This document shows positions 24,447 through 37,034 of a stretch of DNA of 64,000 nt, one piece after another. The stretch is from Raja brachyura (taxonomy: Eukaryota). The stretch lies in assembly GCA_963514005.1 (NCBI GenBank), contig OY740811.1:27528001-27592000 (forward strand), written 5' to 3'. The notes under the pieces were generated by a model that was not told where the DNA came from, made no database searches, and saw only the letters and a program-made list of their open reading frames with translations. The translations under genes and the position numbers were made by a program. How positions within the stretch are numbered: the first letter of the stretch is position 1; each line of letters starts with the position of its first letter.

Positions 24447-25799
24447 CATGTGACTGTAAGTTGGCCCAGGCATTGCTGGTCTCGCATCATTCATCACTGA
24501 TTACCCTGACATTTATCTCATGCCACATCTTCACTTAATCTTCCAGTGGATGCGACTGACAAATGTTGTCACTGGCTGAGGGACACTGGCTGGGGAACAG
24601 CGGTGTCTTTTTCTGTTGCTTCAGCTGGGATCAGCTGACCCAGCAAAGGCTAATTTTACTTATTAGACCACTCTCACTCCCTAAACCCTTTTTACCCACA
24701 TGGAGACAAATTATTCTTCAGTCAGTGAGAGGCACGAGATGTCTCAGTCTTGTTGTGTGGTGGAGGGGACGGGGGAGGGGGAGAACCTGACACAATGTCA
24801 CGGAGGAACAGTGCAAAGCCGAATTTCAAGAACTGGTTTGGACAATGAGGTAATTAAATGGGAATTAATCTTTCATTCTTCTTTTCATTGAATTTCAGTC
24901 TGATATATAATTTATGTAGATTTTTAATAATTGGGTAGGATTACTTTAGCTCAATAATTTATGAAGTTTTAAGGATCCCAGGACCGAGGTTATACATATA
25001 AGGACAGAATGATTAGGCCAGAGCTCTTTTCTTTTCAGAAGAGAAGGATTAGATGCCTGATGGATGAGGACCTGATGGAAGGAAACCTTTTAGGTTGCAG
25101 TTGGGTGTCAGCGGAGAGACCTGCAAAATATGTTTCCACGTGTATGAATAGCAAGCTACGAATATCACAGTCATTGCCAAATCTAATGAGGAACTTTTCC
25201 TGAGGATATGGAACAGGCTAAAGCAAGGAAGAGTTGAGGTGAATTTCAGAGAGGGACTTGACGGGGAGTGAAAAGCTACAGACACGAGAAAAGGAACTGA
25301 TATGGTACTGTTAGGATTGCAGGAGATAGTGTGAGGGACGGTCAGGGCAGAGCTTAAACTCTGTCATCGATTGGTAGGACCAAATGCTTATTCTTATGCT
25401 GTAAAATGAATGTAAATATGTGTATGTTCAAACAGCCCAGGAAACATTTGTATGCATATGAGTGATGCCTCCTACAGCCCACAAACCAGCTGAAAGAGAG
25501 GAAGTACATTGTCATTTACCACCGGGTTGGTCATTGCGTGTCAAGGATTTCACTCTGTTTGTTAACTTAGTCAGCTCCACAATTGCCACAGGTAAAGCTT
25601 TCACCATTTAATTGAATTTCTCATCATGTTTGCTTTTATTATTTCTGTCAAAGCTCAAATTCATCAGTATTTATAGGTCTCTTTACATGGTTATCTCCTG
25701 AAACATTCCAATGTAGCAAATTTCCTTCTTTGTAAAACAATCTTACAGTCAAATTCTTATTAATTCATTCACAGAATGTTGATTTCCTGGAAATGCATT

Positions 25800-26505
25800 T
25801 AGAAACATAGAAACATAGAAAATAAGTGCAGGAGTAGGCCATTTGGCCCTTCGAGCCAGCACCGCCATTCATTGTGATCATGGCTGATCATCCACAATCA
25901 GTAACCTGTTCCTGCATTCTCCCAACACGCCTTGATTCCGCTGGCCCCAAGAGCTCTATCTAATTATCTTTTAAATTCATCCAATGAATTGGCCTCCACT
26001 GCCTTCCGTGGCAGAGAATTCCTCAAATTAAAACTCTCTGGGTGAAAAGGTTTTTTATCATCTAAATTTTATATGGTCTCCCCTTTATTCTCAGATTGTG
26101 GCCCCTGGTTCCGGACTCCCCAAACATTGGGAATTGTTTTCCTGCATCTAGCTTGTTCAGTATCTAATTTTTCCTGCATCTACCTTTTATAATTTTATAT
26201 GTTTCTATAGGATCCCCCCTCATCCTAAATTCCAGTGAATACAAGCCCAGTCTTTCCAATCTTTCCTCATATGACAGTCCCGCAATCCTGGGGATTAACC
26301 TCGTGAACCTACGCTGCACTGCCTCAATAGCAAGGATGTCCTTCGTCAAATTAGGAGACCATAACTGCACACAATACTCCAGATGTGGTCTCACCAGGGA
26401 CCTGTACAACTGTAGAAGGACCTCTTTACTCCTATACTCAAATCCTCTCATTATGGAGGCCAGCATGCCATTAGCTTTCTTCAATGCCTTCTGTACCTGC
26501 ATGTT
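25800..26505 (-). mobile_element. 5'-truncated CR1-clade LINE 3' end
   Basis: ORF 26164-26502 (RPHLEYCVQLWSP); tail AGAAACATAGAAACATAGAAA at 25801. Confidence 0.9.
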
Positions 26506-28014
26506 TATTGCCCATCCCTAATTGCCCTGGACAAGATGGTGGTTATTGCCTCTTGAGCCATCACAAGGTATGTGGTGATGATGATTCCACACCGAGCTGG
26601 ATTTCCAAGATTTTGATCCAGAAATAATGGAAAATTAGAATGTTTTCATGTCTGGGTGGAATGTGAGATGGGGATGTAAGGGGGAATCCTTCCCAAGTAC
26701 CGCTGTCCTTGTTCTTAGAGTCTGCAGCCAGGGGAAGAATTTCAAAAAGACGATTTTGTAAGTTCTTGCAGAGCATTATGTACATAAAAATTACTGCAGC
26801 CATGGTGTGTAAATATTTAATATTTAAAGAGGAGCATGGTGTACTAGTTAACCGGTTAACTAGTTAACATGGTGTACTAGTTACCAGCCGGCTTTCTCCT
26901 GGATGGTGTTATTGGAGCTGCATTGATCCAAGCAATCATCATGTATCATGTGTCAGTCTGAAGGGTCTAACCCAAAACACTGTCTGTCCAATCCCTGGCC
27001 CGCTGAGTTCCTCCAACACTGTTTTGCTCAACATTCCAGCACCTGCAGTTCTTTGTGTCTCCATGCACCACTACCTGTTTCTAACCTATGCTCTACGGAT
27101 GATAGAAATGCTTTGAGGGGATCGAAGTTGAGTTATTGGCAGTTGGATGCCTAGCCTTTGACCTATACTTGCAGCAATGTGTGTTGTAGAACATGTATCT
27201 GGAGCAGATAATTAATTGCAAGGTGTAGATTAGCCATGATATAAGGATAACAGGTTCAAGGGACTGAATGGCCTATCCTGTCCCCACATTTCTCTGGACT
27301 AAAATAAAACAAGGTTTATCTAATTACATTTCATATTACAGTAATGACTAGCCTTGGAAAGTACCTGGTGAACTGTAAAGCCCTTAGGAAGTCTGGAGAC
27401 TATGCTAGATGTTTCACATTTAACTGAATCTTGGCAGAATTTGGCAAAAATCTCGGAACAAAACCATGAAATTAATAAAGGATGTGAAGAACAAATGCTT
27501 GCAAAGGAGGTCCTGCTGTTAGGTGTGTTCAGAATTATGCGTTGGAGCAGGGAATGTGTGTGTGTGGCGAGAGGGGAGAATGGGTTGGAACAGCACTGCC
27601 TGCAGTTGCTGGTGTGTCAGGCAGATGGCGCTTGGAGCCAATGTGCTCCAGTACAGGGCAATTCGACAGGGGAAGAGGTCCAGAGTTCCCAGTGAATTTG
27701 AGGCGTACAAACTGCGTTTGTTTTCACTCACTTTTGCTCTGCATTCTTTTAAAAACAGTTTTTCTTGTTGATCTTATTCGTCTTTAAATCCCACCAAGAC
27801 CACAAATCACAAACTCTTAATCTCTTCACACCTTATCCCAATTAGTAATCTCCAGTTCCCACCCTTCAGTTCCAACTCACAGTCAGTCCCCACCACTCCT
27901 GCCTCTTATGAAAAGCAAACTCAAAGGTCATGGGGAATCTGGTGATTTGATAACATCGTAAGGATGGGTCAAAGAGCAGTTGAGCAAATGAACAGTGCGA
28001 CTTACACAAGGTAC

Positions 28015-30230
28015 AGTCATAGAGTGATACAGTGTGGAAACAGGCCCATCGCCCCAACTTGCCCACATCGGGTAATATGTTTCAGGTACACTAGTCCCAC
28101 CTGCCCGCGTTTGATCCATATCCCTGCAAACCTGTATTATCCATGTACCTGTCCAACTGTTTCTTAAATATTGGGATAGTCCCTGCCTTAACTACCTCCT
28201 GTGGCAGCTAGTTCCTTCCACCCACTACCCTTTGTGTGAAAAGGTTACCCATCAGATTCCAATTCAATATTTTCTCCTTCACCTTAAACCTATGTCCTCT
28301 GGTCCTTCATTCACCTACTCTGGGCAAGAGACTCTGTACATCTACCCGATCTGTTTCTCTAATGAATTTAATATTTAAGAATAATGAGCAAGCCATTTAT
28401 TTATGTTTTAAATATATTTTTATTAGAAGCGTAAACACATAATAGCAACACGGTCTGTTTATCTATTACATTCATACAAAGCTTCTGTTCTTTTTATAGA
28501 ATTTTTAAAAGGATAGAACTGGAAAAAAAAGGAGAGAGAAAAAACAAAAAACCGAAGAAAATTACCAATAACAGTTTTGGAGATAGGTCCGTAGATTATA
28601 AGGCATAATTATTCATCTAATCCTGAGAGGAATAAGCCATTTAGAACGGACGAGGAAACACTTTTTCTCACAGAGAGTGGTGAGTCTGTGGAATTCTCTG
28701 CCTCAGAGGGCGGTGGAGGCAGGTTCTCTGGATGCTTTCAAGAGAGAGCTAGATAGGGCTCTTAAAGATAGCGGAGTCAGGGGATATGGGGAGAAGGCAG
28801 GAACGGGGTACTGATTGGGGATGATCAGCCATGATCACATTGAATGGTGGTGCTGGCTCGAAGGGCCGAATGGCCTACTCCTACACCTATTGTCTATTGT
28901 CTAATGATTTTATATACCCCTATAAGATCCTCCTGTGCTTCAAAGAATAGAGTCCCAGCCTATTCAATCTCTGCCTTTTACTCAGACCCTCTAGCCCTGG
29001 CAACATCCTTGTAAATCGTCTCTGTACCCTTTCCAGCTTGACAACATCTTTCCTATAACACGGTGCCCAGAACTGAACACAATACTCTAAATGTGGCCTC
29101 ACCAATGTCTTAGACAACTGCAACATGAACCTCCCAACTTCTATACTCAAAACTCTGACTGATGAGGCACAAGGAAAGGATGCTGAAATCTTGAACAAAC
29201 CACAAAGTGGTGCAAGAGTTTGAAGAAGGGTCTTGACCTAAACCTTCGCCTGACCCCCACCCCCCCCTACAAATGCTCCCTGACCTGCTGAGTTCCTCCA
29301 GCATTTTGTGTTTTGACTTATGCAAGATCTTCACACAGCCCATAGATACGGAAATAGCACCTCAGCACAGGAGTAATCTATGGATGTGCCTTCAAGTGGA
29401 AAAGGTGTATACACTAGTGTGAAGGAGAGTGTTTGTCTGCGTGCTATGTAATTATCAACATTTGCAGAATACAGGGAGGCTATTTAGTCCATTGTGTATT
29501 GACGGCCCTTTGTTAAAGCAGGCTGTTATTAATCCAGATTCCCCACTCTTTCCTCAAACCTATCCAGCCTCTTTCTCAAAAATGACCTAATTTTTCCTTA
29601 ATAGGTATACTAACCTCGGATTCAGTTATTCCTTGTGCAAAAATCCTGTTTCTAAAGCAACTTCTTCTAAATGCTCCCTTCATTCTGTCACCGACTACAC
29701 GTCCAGATGAACTAAACATACTGAAGAACATGTACAGCACTGGAACAGGCTCTATGGTCCATAATGTTCATGCCAAACGCGATGTCAAGTTAAACTAATC
29801 TCATCTACCTGTACATGATCCATATTCCTCTATTCCCTGTATATCCACATTCCTTTTTAAAAACCTATTAAATGCCATGATCATATCTGTCTCCACCACC
29901 CCTGACTGTGTATTCCAAACACCCACCACTCTCTGTGTAAAAAACTTGTCCTGCACATCTACTTTAAACTTTGCCTCTCTCACCTTAAAACAATGACCTC
30001 TAGTCTTTGAAATTTTCACCTTGGGAAAAAGATTCTGACTATTTACCCTACCTATGCCTCTCATAATGATTACGGGTATTTTAAAGTGGAGATTGACAGA
30101 TTCTTGGTTAGTTAGGGTGTCAAAGGTTACGGGGAGAAGGCAGGAGAACGTGGTTGAGAGGGAAAGATAGATCAGCCACGATTGAATATTATAGACTCGA
30201 TGGGCTGAATGGCTTAATTCTGCTCCTATG
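28015..30230. mobile_element. Cluster of nested CR1 3' fragments in both orientations
   Basis: Minus fragments ~28015-28360, 28905-29165 (RPHLEYCVQFWAP) and 29727-30065; plus fragments 28623-28903 (ending CTATTGTCTATTGTCT) and 30075-30230. Confidence 0.8.
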
Positions 30231-30431
30231 ACCTATGAGTAGAGCCAAGATTTTGCCATAAATGACGTGCCTTTTCATGCCTTTTTTGATGATTTCACCA
30301 GGATAATGCCTTTTTCATAATCGAGTGCCTAAATCAGCCTTTTTTTGCCATTTTGCTAAAAGGCTGTGCTATTTTCTCTAATTGTACCGTGATTATAATG
30401 ACGCTTTCTATGTTAACACGTTAATATTAAT

Positions 30432-30760
30432 TGAATTGAATTGATTGAATACCTTTATTGTCATTCAGACCTTTCGGTCTGAACGAAATTTCGTGCCTGC
30501 AGTCATACATATATAAAAAAAAACAATACAATACCATACAATAAACACAAAATTAACATCCACCACAGTGAGTTCACCAAACACCTCCTCACTGTGGTGG
30601 AAGGCAAAAGTCTTAGGGTCTCAGTCATTTTCTCCCCTCCTTATTCTCCCTCTGCGCTGAGGGGATCCAGGCCGCCGCCACCGCTGACGCCGGAACGCCG
30701 GAACACCGCCACAGGGCCCGCCGCCGGAACGCCGCTGGAGCACCGCAGCTCCCGACTCCC
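30432..30760 (-). mobile_element. Short LINE-tail-bearing retroposon (Rex/Babar-like 3' end) nested in the hAT
   Basis: The minus strand ends ...GAAATTTCGTTCAGACCGAAAGGTCTGAATGACAATAAAG-(TTCAA)n; TSD TATTAAT at 30425-30431 and 30761-30767. A related-looking element lies at ~39565-39980. Confidence 0.55.
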
Positions 30761-30899
30761 TATTAATGTTATTATTAATGTGTTAACATAGTATAACTTA
30801 CAAGAACATTTCCACCACTGGGGCAAAACCGGGGGCGCCACGATCGCTCGTTCATTCGTTCATGCTGCTGCCCGCTGGTTCAGCTTTCTCCAAGATCTA

Positions 30900-31197
30900 T
30901 TTAAGAAAGAACTGGAGATGCTGGAAAAATCGAAGGTAGACAAAAAATGCTGGAGACACTCAGTGGGCGAGGCAGCATCTATGGAGAGAAGGAATAGACA
31001 ACGTTTCGGGTCAAGATCCTTCTTCAGACTGATGTGGGGGGGGGGGGGCGGGAAAAAGAAAGGAAGAGGCGGAGACAGTAGGACTAGAAGGAGAGCTGGG
31101 AAGGGTGAGGGGGAGGAGGGAGAACATAAGGGCTATCTAAAATTAGAGAAGTCAGTGTTGATACTCCTGGGACTACACAAGCGAAATACCCAAACTC
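30900..31197 (-). mobile_element. Penelope-like element 3' end (GIY-YIG C-terminus plus pLTR) nested in a hAT transposon
   Basis: The minus strand reads VFRLCSPRSINTDFSNFR*, followed by a C/T-rich spacer and CAGTCTGAAGAAGGATCTTGACCCGAAACGTTG (core 31027-31000). Confidence 0.7.
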
Positions 31198-32114
31198 GTC
31201 TCCTCACCACATTTACTGCTGGCTCCAGTCGCAAATCTGAGTTTGGGTGATCTGTGCAAGGCATTCATTGATGCTGGAATTCCACTGTGGAATTTGGAAA
31301 ACAAATCTCTCAGAGGTTTTTTTAGAGAAATACCAAGCGAGTCATTACGAAAAAATTATGTTGATAGCAACTTCAACATTGTTGTGCAGAAAATTAGAGA
31401 TGCAGTTGCATGTAACAAAATATGGATCTCAATAGATGAGACAACCGATGCTGTGGGTAGATATGTTGCCAATATTGTCATCGGTACACTGGAGGCAGGT
31501 CAACCATCAAAGGAGTATTTGCTTCCAATTTTGCAAACTTCCCACAAGCTATCACTTCCCTTGAGAAACGTGGCGAAACATTAGTGAATAACTTGCAGGT
31601 TTTCAACAAAGTAACTTACGATATCCGTAAAATTCCAGGCGATGTAGGTAAACACATTCAAGGAAAATGTGAGAAAGTGATTTTAGCTAACAAAGATCTT
31701 GAAGAAATACAAAACATAGCTAAAGTGCTCAAAGGTAGTTGTAATGCACAAGATATCGACATGAATATAGAGTCTGTAGCTTGTTTTGGTTATGCACCAG
31801 TGACCTCAGCTGAGGTAGAAAGAAGTTTTTCACAACTGAAGCATATTCTGCCTGACAGACGGCATAGTTTAACATCAGTTAATTTGAAACAAATGCAAGT
31901 AATTATGTGCAACTAGGAATCTTGGTCATTTAATGTAGAATACCTTTATATTATCATTTTTAACCATATTTTGGTGGTGGAAATACATGCCTTTTTAGTC
32001 AACAAATGCCTTTTTCGTGCCTTTTTTGTAATTTTATAATGCCTTTTTGCCTGCCTATTTCAGAGTTTTTTAGTGCCTAAACATCCGGGCTCTACTTATG
32101 AGTATATGAATTTT

Positions 32115-32390
32115 ACATTCTATCAGGTTTCCTCTCAGCCTCTGCCGTTCCAGCAAAAACAATCCAGGTTTGTCCAACCCCTCCTTATAGCTAATACCCC
32201 CTAATCCACGCATCATTTTTGTCAACCTCTTCTGCACCCTTTCCAAAGCATCTGCATCTTTCCTGCAATGGGGCGACCAGACTGCATGCAATACTCTAAA
32301 TGCAGCCAAACAGTCCTATAAAGCTGCATCATGACTTCCTTACTCTTATTCTCAATGTCCTGAACAATGAAGGTGAGCAGACTGTAAACC
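32115..32390 (-). mobile_element. CR1 fragment
   Basis: ORF 32070-32309 contains WSPHCRKDADALERVQKR...LRGNLIE. Confidence 0.75.
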
Positions 32391-33344
32391 TTTGCAATTC
32401 ACCTTCACAAAACCCTTCCCACTTTTACACGTGGCAATTAAAACTCTCTACATTCCACGCCAACCTATGTTCCCATCCCTGGCATCATCTCTGGCTTTAA
32501 TTTTCCCTCTGACATCAAGGTCCTTCCACTCCAGAATCTCTATATCTCTAAACCACACATCTCACTATAGTAATCGATTCAGTGGCGATGAAAAAGCTCT
32601 GGGTGGGGGAACAGTAGAGCTGCAGGTAAAGAATGGCTTCCATCACACCAAGCAGGAGGTGCCAGGTCTGGGCAGTCTGTCGACACATGGTGCAGTCTCT
32701 GCCCATCGCTGGCACTGACGTAACTAACCATGCTGGCCACGGTATGCCCCAAACTCTGTCTTGTTAAACACCAGGCCTCACAGGGAGCTTCTCCACAGCA
32801 GCACAGAGGGCAAATCATTGCTGGATTCCCTCCAGGATCCCACACTGCAGCGAGGAGGGCAGGAGCTTGAGCCGGCAGTACAATGTCGGCTGACACAGCA
32901 GCACTATCTCGAGTGGTTTATCAATCCAAATTAGGTTAGTTTATTGTCATATGTACCGAGGTAGAGTATAAACCTTTATGTTGCGTGTTAACCAATCAGG
33001 AGAAAGACTGTACATGATTACAATCGAGCCGTCCAACGTGGCTGCTGTAGGGGTAGAGGTTTAAAAGAGTGCAGCTATCGTAGTGAATGATTGCAGATCC
33101 ACTTCTGGGACCAGCTCACAGAGAGGCACCTGGCTTGGGCGCCATCTTAGCTATATCAGTGCTAATATCATTTGCACTCTCAGTCCGAGCTGAGTGCTAA
33201 GCAAGGCAGCAGTGTATAGAATATAACAGCTGGGAGCTATATTCTGCACTATACACCTTCCCCTTTGCTCGAAATATTGCTCTTGAGATTGTCCAATCTC
33301 TCCTTGCAGCTAATATTCCCTAACCCAGGCATCATTTTTGTATT

Positions 33345-34992
33345 GTGAGGTTGAAATGCTAAGTTGAGTGTGATGTCATGATTCTCAAAGTCAGTGAACC
33401 TTTCATTGTATTCTTTAATTAATAAGTTTATAACAACTGCCTATTCTTCAAATGATCCGCATGAATCCCCCTGCTCATCAATGACCTGCGCTAACTGGGG
33501 AAAATGTTCCTCCGAAATTTCATTTTAAAGATGAAGAGTTTTGAAAAAGATAGCTTTTTTCGAAATGCTTGAAATTGTTTGCCACATATCATATGTAGAC
33601 TTAGTTTTACCTTGAAAAGCAACATTCAAGTCACTTTGCTTTGACATCATATCACACAGAAATGCAGTATTTCTACAGAAATCTTCTTTCAATAATTCAC
33701 ATTGCTAATTCTGTTCTTCATGAAATTTAACTATCTGTTCTCGCAAAGATAACATTTTTGCTAACACCTGTCCCTGCGATAGCCAACGCAGTTTACTATG
33801 ATACGGCAAATCCACACTGAATGCCTCATGTCCAACTTTAGCATATTACGAAACTGATGATGGCGTGTTGCATTTTTTAAACAAATATAGTCAATAATGC
33901 TTATAACTTTTTGCAAAGTGTCACTTAAAATAGTATTTAGCACAGAAACTTTGCTGTGAAAAGAAGTGAGAGCACCTGGATCTGATAATACCATTTTTAT
34001 CTGCGCAATAAACCCTTCACGTTTTCCTGTCATGGATGGTGCACCGTCTGTATATACACTCACTAAATTAACCAAATCCAGTCCAACTTCATGACATTTA
34101 TCTTGAAAGTTGTTGAAGGAATCTATTCCCCGTGTTCTACCCGTAAGAGTGCCCAAAGCAAGTAACTCTTCGTAGCAAAGAGAATCTTCTGTTATGGCCC
34201 GAATGAAGTATAAAACCTGCGCCGAGTAAGTAGTATCAGTGATTCATCCAAAGCGATTGAATAATATATATTTTCCTTTTGGAGTATTGCGTGAAGTTGT
34301 TCTGTTACGTTGAGGGCTAATTCATGCTGCCGATCAGTTATAGATCTCCTTGAAAGAGGCAGTTGTTTGTATTTTGAAATCTTATCGGGGGTCTAAGCAT
34401 CCTACAACCTCGACAATGCATTCTTTTACGATTTCTACATCACTAAGAGGCTTACCTTTTCCCCCCGAGAATATAAGCTACTTTATAAGTCGCTTCAGTA
34501 GCATTATTTCCAGATCTTCCTGTTGCTTGAAATAACTGCCTTTGCCTTTACTTTTCATCTTTTAATTTCTGCAATGCAACCTTTCGCACCTGAAGACTGG
34601 ACAGCCAGCGGACTCTCCCCGACATTTTACCTCTCGTCAACCAACCTAAGGCCGTGGTGGCACCTGTCAGGCAGGAAGGTTAACGTACATTCTAGAATCG
34701 CACTAGAACTAAATCATCAGCATAACAGGTGTTAAAATAGCCCTCATGACTTACTAATGTTTTAATTGTGGCCGTCAGTCGGGGGGGATTATTTTGTTGA
34801 AACTTTTTTTACTCTTTGGTATTTCAAATACGTTCATTTGTAGATTAAAATGAAACTAATAAAAGACGAACAAAAACATATTAATAAAAATAAAAGGATT
34901 TGTTCTACAAAATTTGCATTCATTCAAAAGGTCGCACTTAATGGCCTAGAAGGCCGCATGTGGCCTTAAGGCCGCAGGTTCCCCAAACCCTG
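33345..34992 (-). mobile_element. hAT Charlie/Buster-type (GTF2IRD2/ZBED8-like) transposon relic, one end missing
   Basis: Minus-strand remnants SIALDES...AQVLYFIRAI...EELLALGTLTGRTRG.D...VSVYTDGAPSMTGKREGF...DLPYHSKLRWLS; terminus reads CAGGGTTTGGGGAACCTGCGGCC on the minus strand from 34992. Confidence 0.82.
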
Positions 34993-36269
34993 ATCTATAG
35001 TATTATTTGATTTGATTGGCTAGTATGCAAAACAAAACTTTGCACTGTACCTCAGTAAACGTAACAATAATAAACCTAATCCTAAACCTAAACATGGGCT
35101 ACAGTATGAAGACAAACGAGTCAGCAGATGCTAGAATCTGGAACAAAAAGCAGAACGCTAATAGAACTCAGCAGATCAAGCAGCAACTGTGGAAGCAAAA
35201 GATGCAAGTTGACATTTTGGGTCGAGACCCTGCATCAGGACCGAGGGGAGGAAGTGAAAGTGATGTTGAGGGAAAGGAGAGGTTCAGGTAAGCAGATGAG
35301 AATGTTAGTGGAGGGGAAGGGGTTGGTTTTTGTTTCACAAGGAAATGGAAGCCCCACAGACCTACCTAATGGGCGATGGAGGTGCGCGGACATTGTGTTA
35401 AAGATGAACCAGCTGGGAGAAAAACGTTGAATTTATCAAGATGGTGGAGGGTATGAAAGGTGTCCCAGATGTAGGTGGGGTGGGAATGGGCAAGAAGCTG
35501 CTGCTAGACCTCGGCAGCGTAGCAGTGGGTACGTCAGCCTACAACAGCAACTGGTGTCTCTGGGTTTGATGAGCAGGTTGGGATTGGTCTGACAGGAATG
35601 GAGAGCCTGGAGGGATTGAGGTGGGAGTGGATGAGGGGAGCGGTGAAGTCAGTGCCACCGGTCAATGTCACATGGAAATGTAAAGAGGAGTGGAGAGAGT
35701 AGAAGATCAAAGCTTAGAAGTAGAAGCCCTGCAGCCAATTAAATGAATGCCTTTTATAACATTTCTAGGACTGCCACATCTTTCTAGCGTGTGGTATCCA
35801 GAATTTGATCAATACCACTTGTGGACTAACCAGTGTTACCAGAATCAAAATTCAATGCAGCCGCCCTGTTTTTGTTTACTTATGAATCCTCCTATCCTTT
35901 TCTCCACAGATGCTCCTGAGACTCGCTGAGTTACTGCAGCACTTTGTGTCTTTCTTTGCTATAAACCAGCAGCTGCGGTTCTTTGTTTCCACATGGAGAT
36001 ACAGGTGCTGGATTCTTGGGCAAAACACAACGTGTTGGAGGAACTCAGCAGATCAGGCAGCATCTGTGGAGGGAATGGATGGGCAACGTGTTGGGTTTTA
36101 CATCTCACCCTCTCTGTGTCTAACAGCCCTTTGGCTCCTTTCCATGTCTTCTTCTTGTTCTTGTTCTATTTGATCTTCCGTTTGTGCACGTCGAGTTGAT
36201 TGCATTAGTCGAAACAGGGCAGACCACGTGAAGGTTGCAATCTTCCACCCGCCTTTCCACGTCCAGCCT

Positions 36270-36502
36270 TTGTCACTTCTTCCACCCATCTGCCAACTCC
36301 CCCACTGTATCCACTCGCCAGACTTTGCCCTGTCCCCACCTCTCTTTTCCAGCTTTTTCCATCCTGCACCACCAGTCTGAAGAAGGGTCCCAACTTGAAA
36401 CGTCGCCTGCCCATTCCCTCCACAGATACTGCCTGCCCCGCTGTTCCTCCAGCACTTTGTGTTTTGCTCAAGCTTTCAGAAGCTGCAGTTCCTTGTGTCT
36501 CC
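36270..36502 (+). mobile_element. Penelope pLTR-derived element just upstream of the SGPP2 CpG island
   Basis: CAGTCTGAAGAAGGGTCCCAACTTGAAACGTC (36373-36404) plus the family tail. Confidence 0.7.
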
Positions 36503-36785
36503 AAAGCATGAAGGACTGGAACTCTCTCCCGCGGCGGTATATCACAGACGCCAACCAGGGCCATGCCTATGGATATGTTTTGCGATGTGACCTCCAGCAC
36601 CAGCGTGGACTTTCACAACAGCAGGGGCGGTGCAGTGTTGCTGTCAATCGTGGGCCGTGGCCGCCGCCTCCCAGCCCCGGAGCACCAATGGCAGGTGTGG
36701 GGAGGGCAGGTGGGGCCGGGCCGGGCCGGGCAGGTGAGGTGCGGGGCCGGGCAGGTGAGCAGGTCGGAGTCCATCTACATTAGCC

Positions 36786-37034
36786 ATGTCCTCGCTGCTC
36801 GCCGCACTGCGGGCTCCCGAGCTGGTGGCTCAGTTCCAGAGGCAGTGCGGGCTCGTCCGGCTCTCGCCGCCGCCGCCGCAGCAGCGGCCGGAGCAGCGGC
36901 GCTGGCCCCAGGCTGACACACAGGCAGCGGCGGCGGCGGCGGCGGCGGCGGCGACCGCGACCCCAGCCCGGCCCCGGGACGCCTGGAGTCGGCAGGCGGG
37001 CGGGGACAGTAACGGCGTCGTGACCCGGACAGCG
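36786..37034 (+). CDS. SGPP2: Sphingosine-1-phosphate phosphatase 2, exon 1
   Basis: GCCATGT start inside a CpG island; MSSLLAALRAPELVAQFQRQCGL matches the SGPP N-terminal L..LVA.FQ..CGL motif; donor GCG|GTGAGT; 249 bp, phase 0. Confidence 0.85.
36924..36953 (+). repeat. GCA(GCG)9 coding trinucleotide repeat (10 x Ala) in SGPP2 exon 1
   Basis: Read directly in frame. Confidence 0.9.

Larger units (their letters stand above)
30240..32094 (+). mobile_element. hAT DNA transposon relic with both TIRs and 8-bp TSD; internally deleted transposase resembling the CGGBP1-related hAT group
   Basis: TIRs TAGAGCCAAGATTTT (30240) and reverse complement TAGAGCCCGGATGTTT (ending 32094); TSD CCTATGAG (30232-30239) / CTTATGAG (32095-32102); sub-terminal GCCTTTTT repeats at both ends; ORF pieces DLCKAFIDAGIPLWNLEN...IWISIDETTDAVGRYVANIVIG and APVTSAEVERSFSQLKHIL..RRHSL (hAT C-terminal dimerisation motif). 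Confidence 0.88.
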
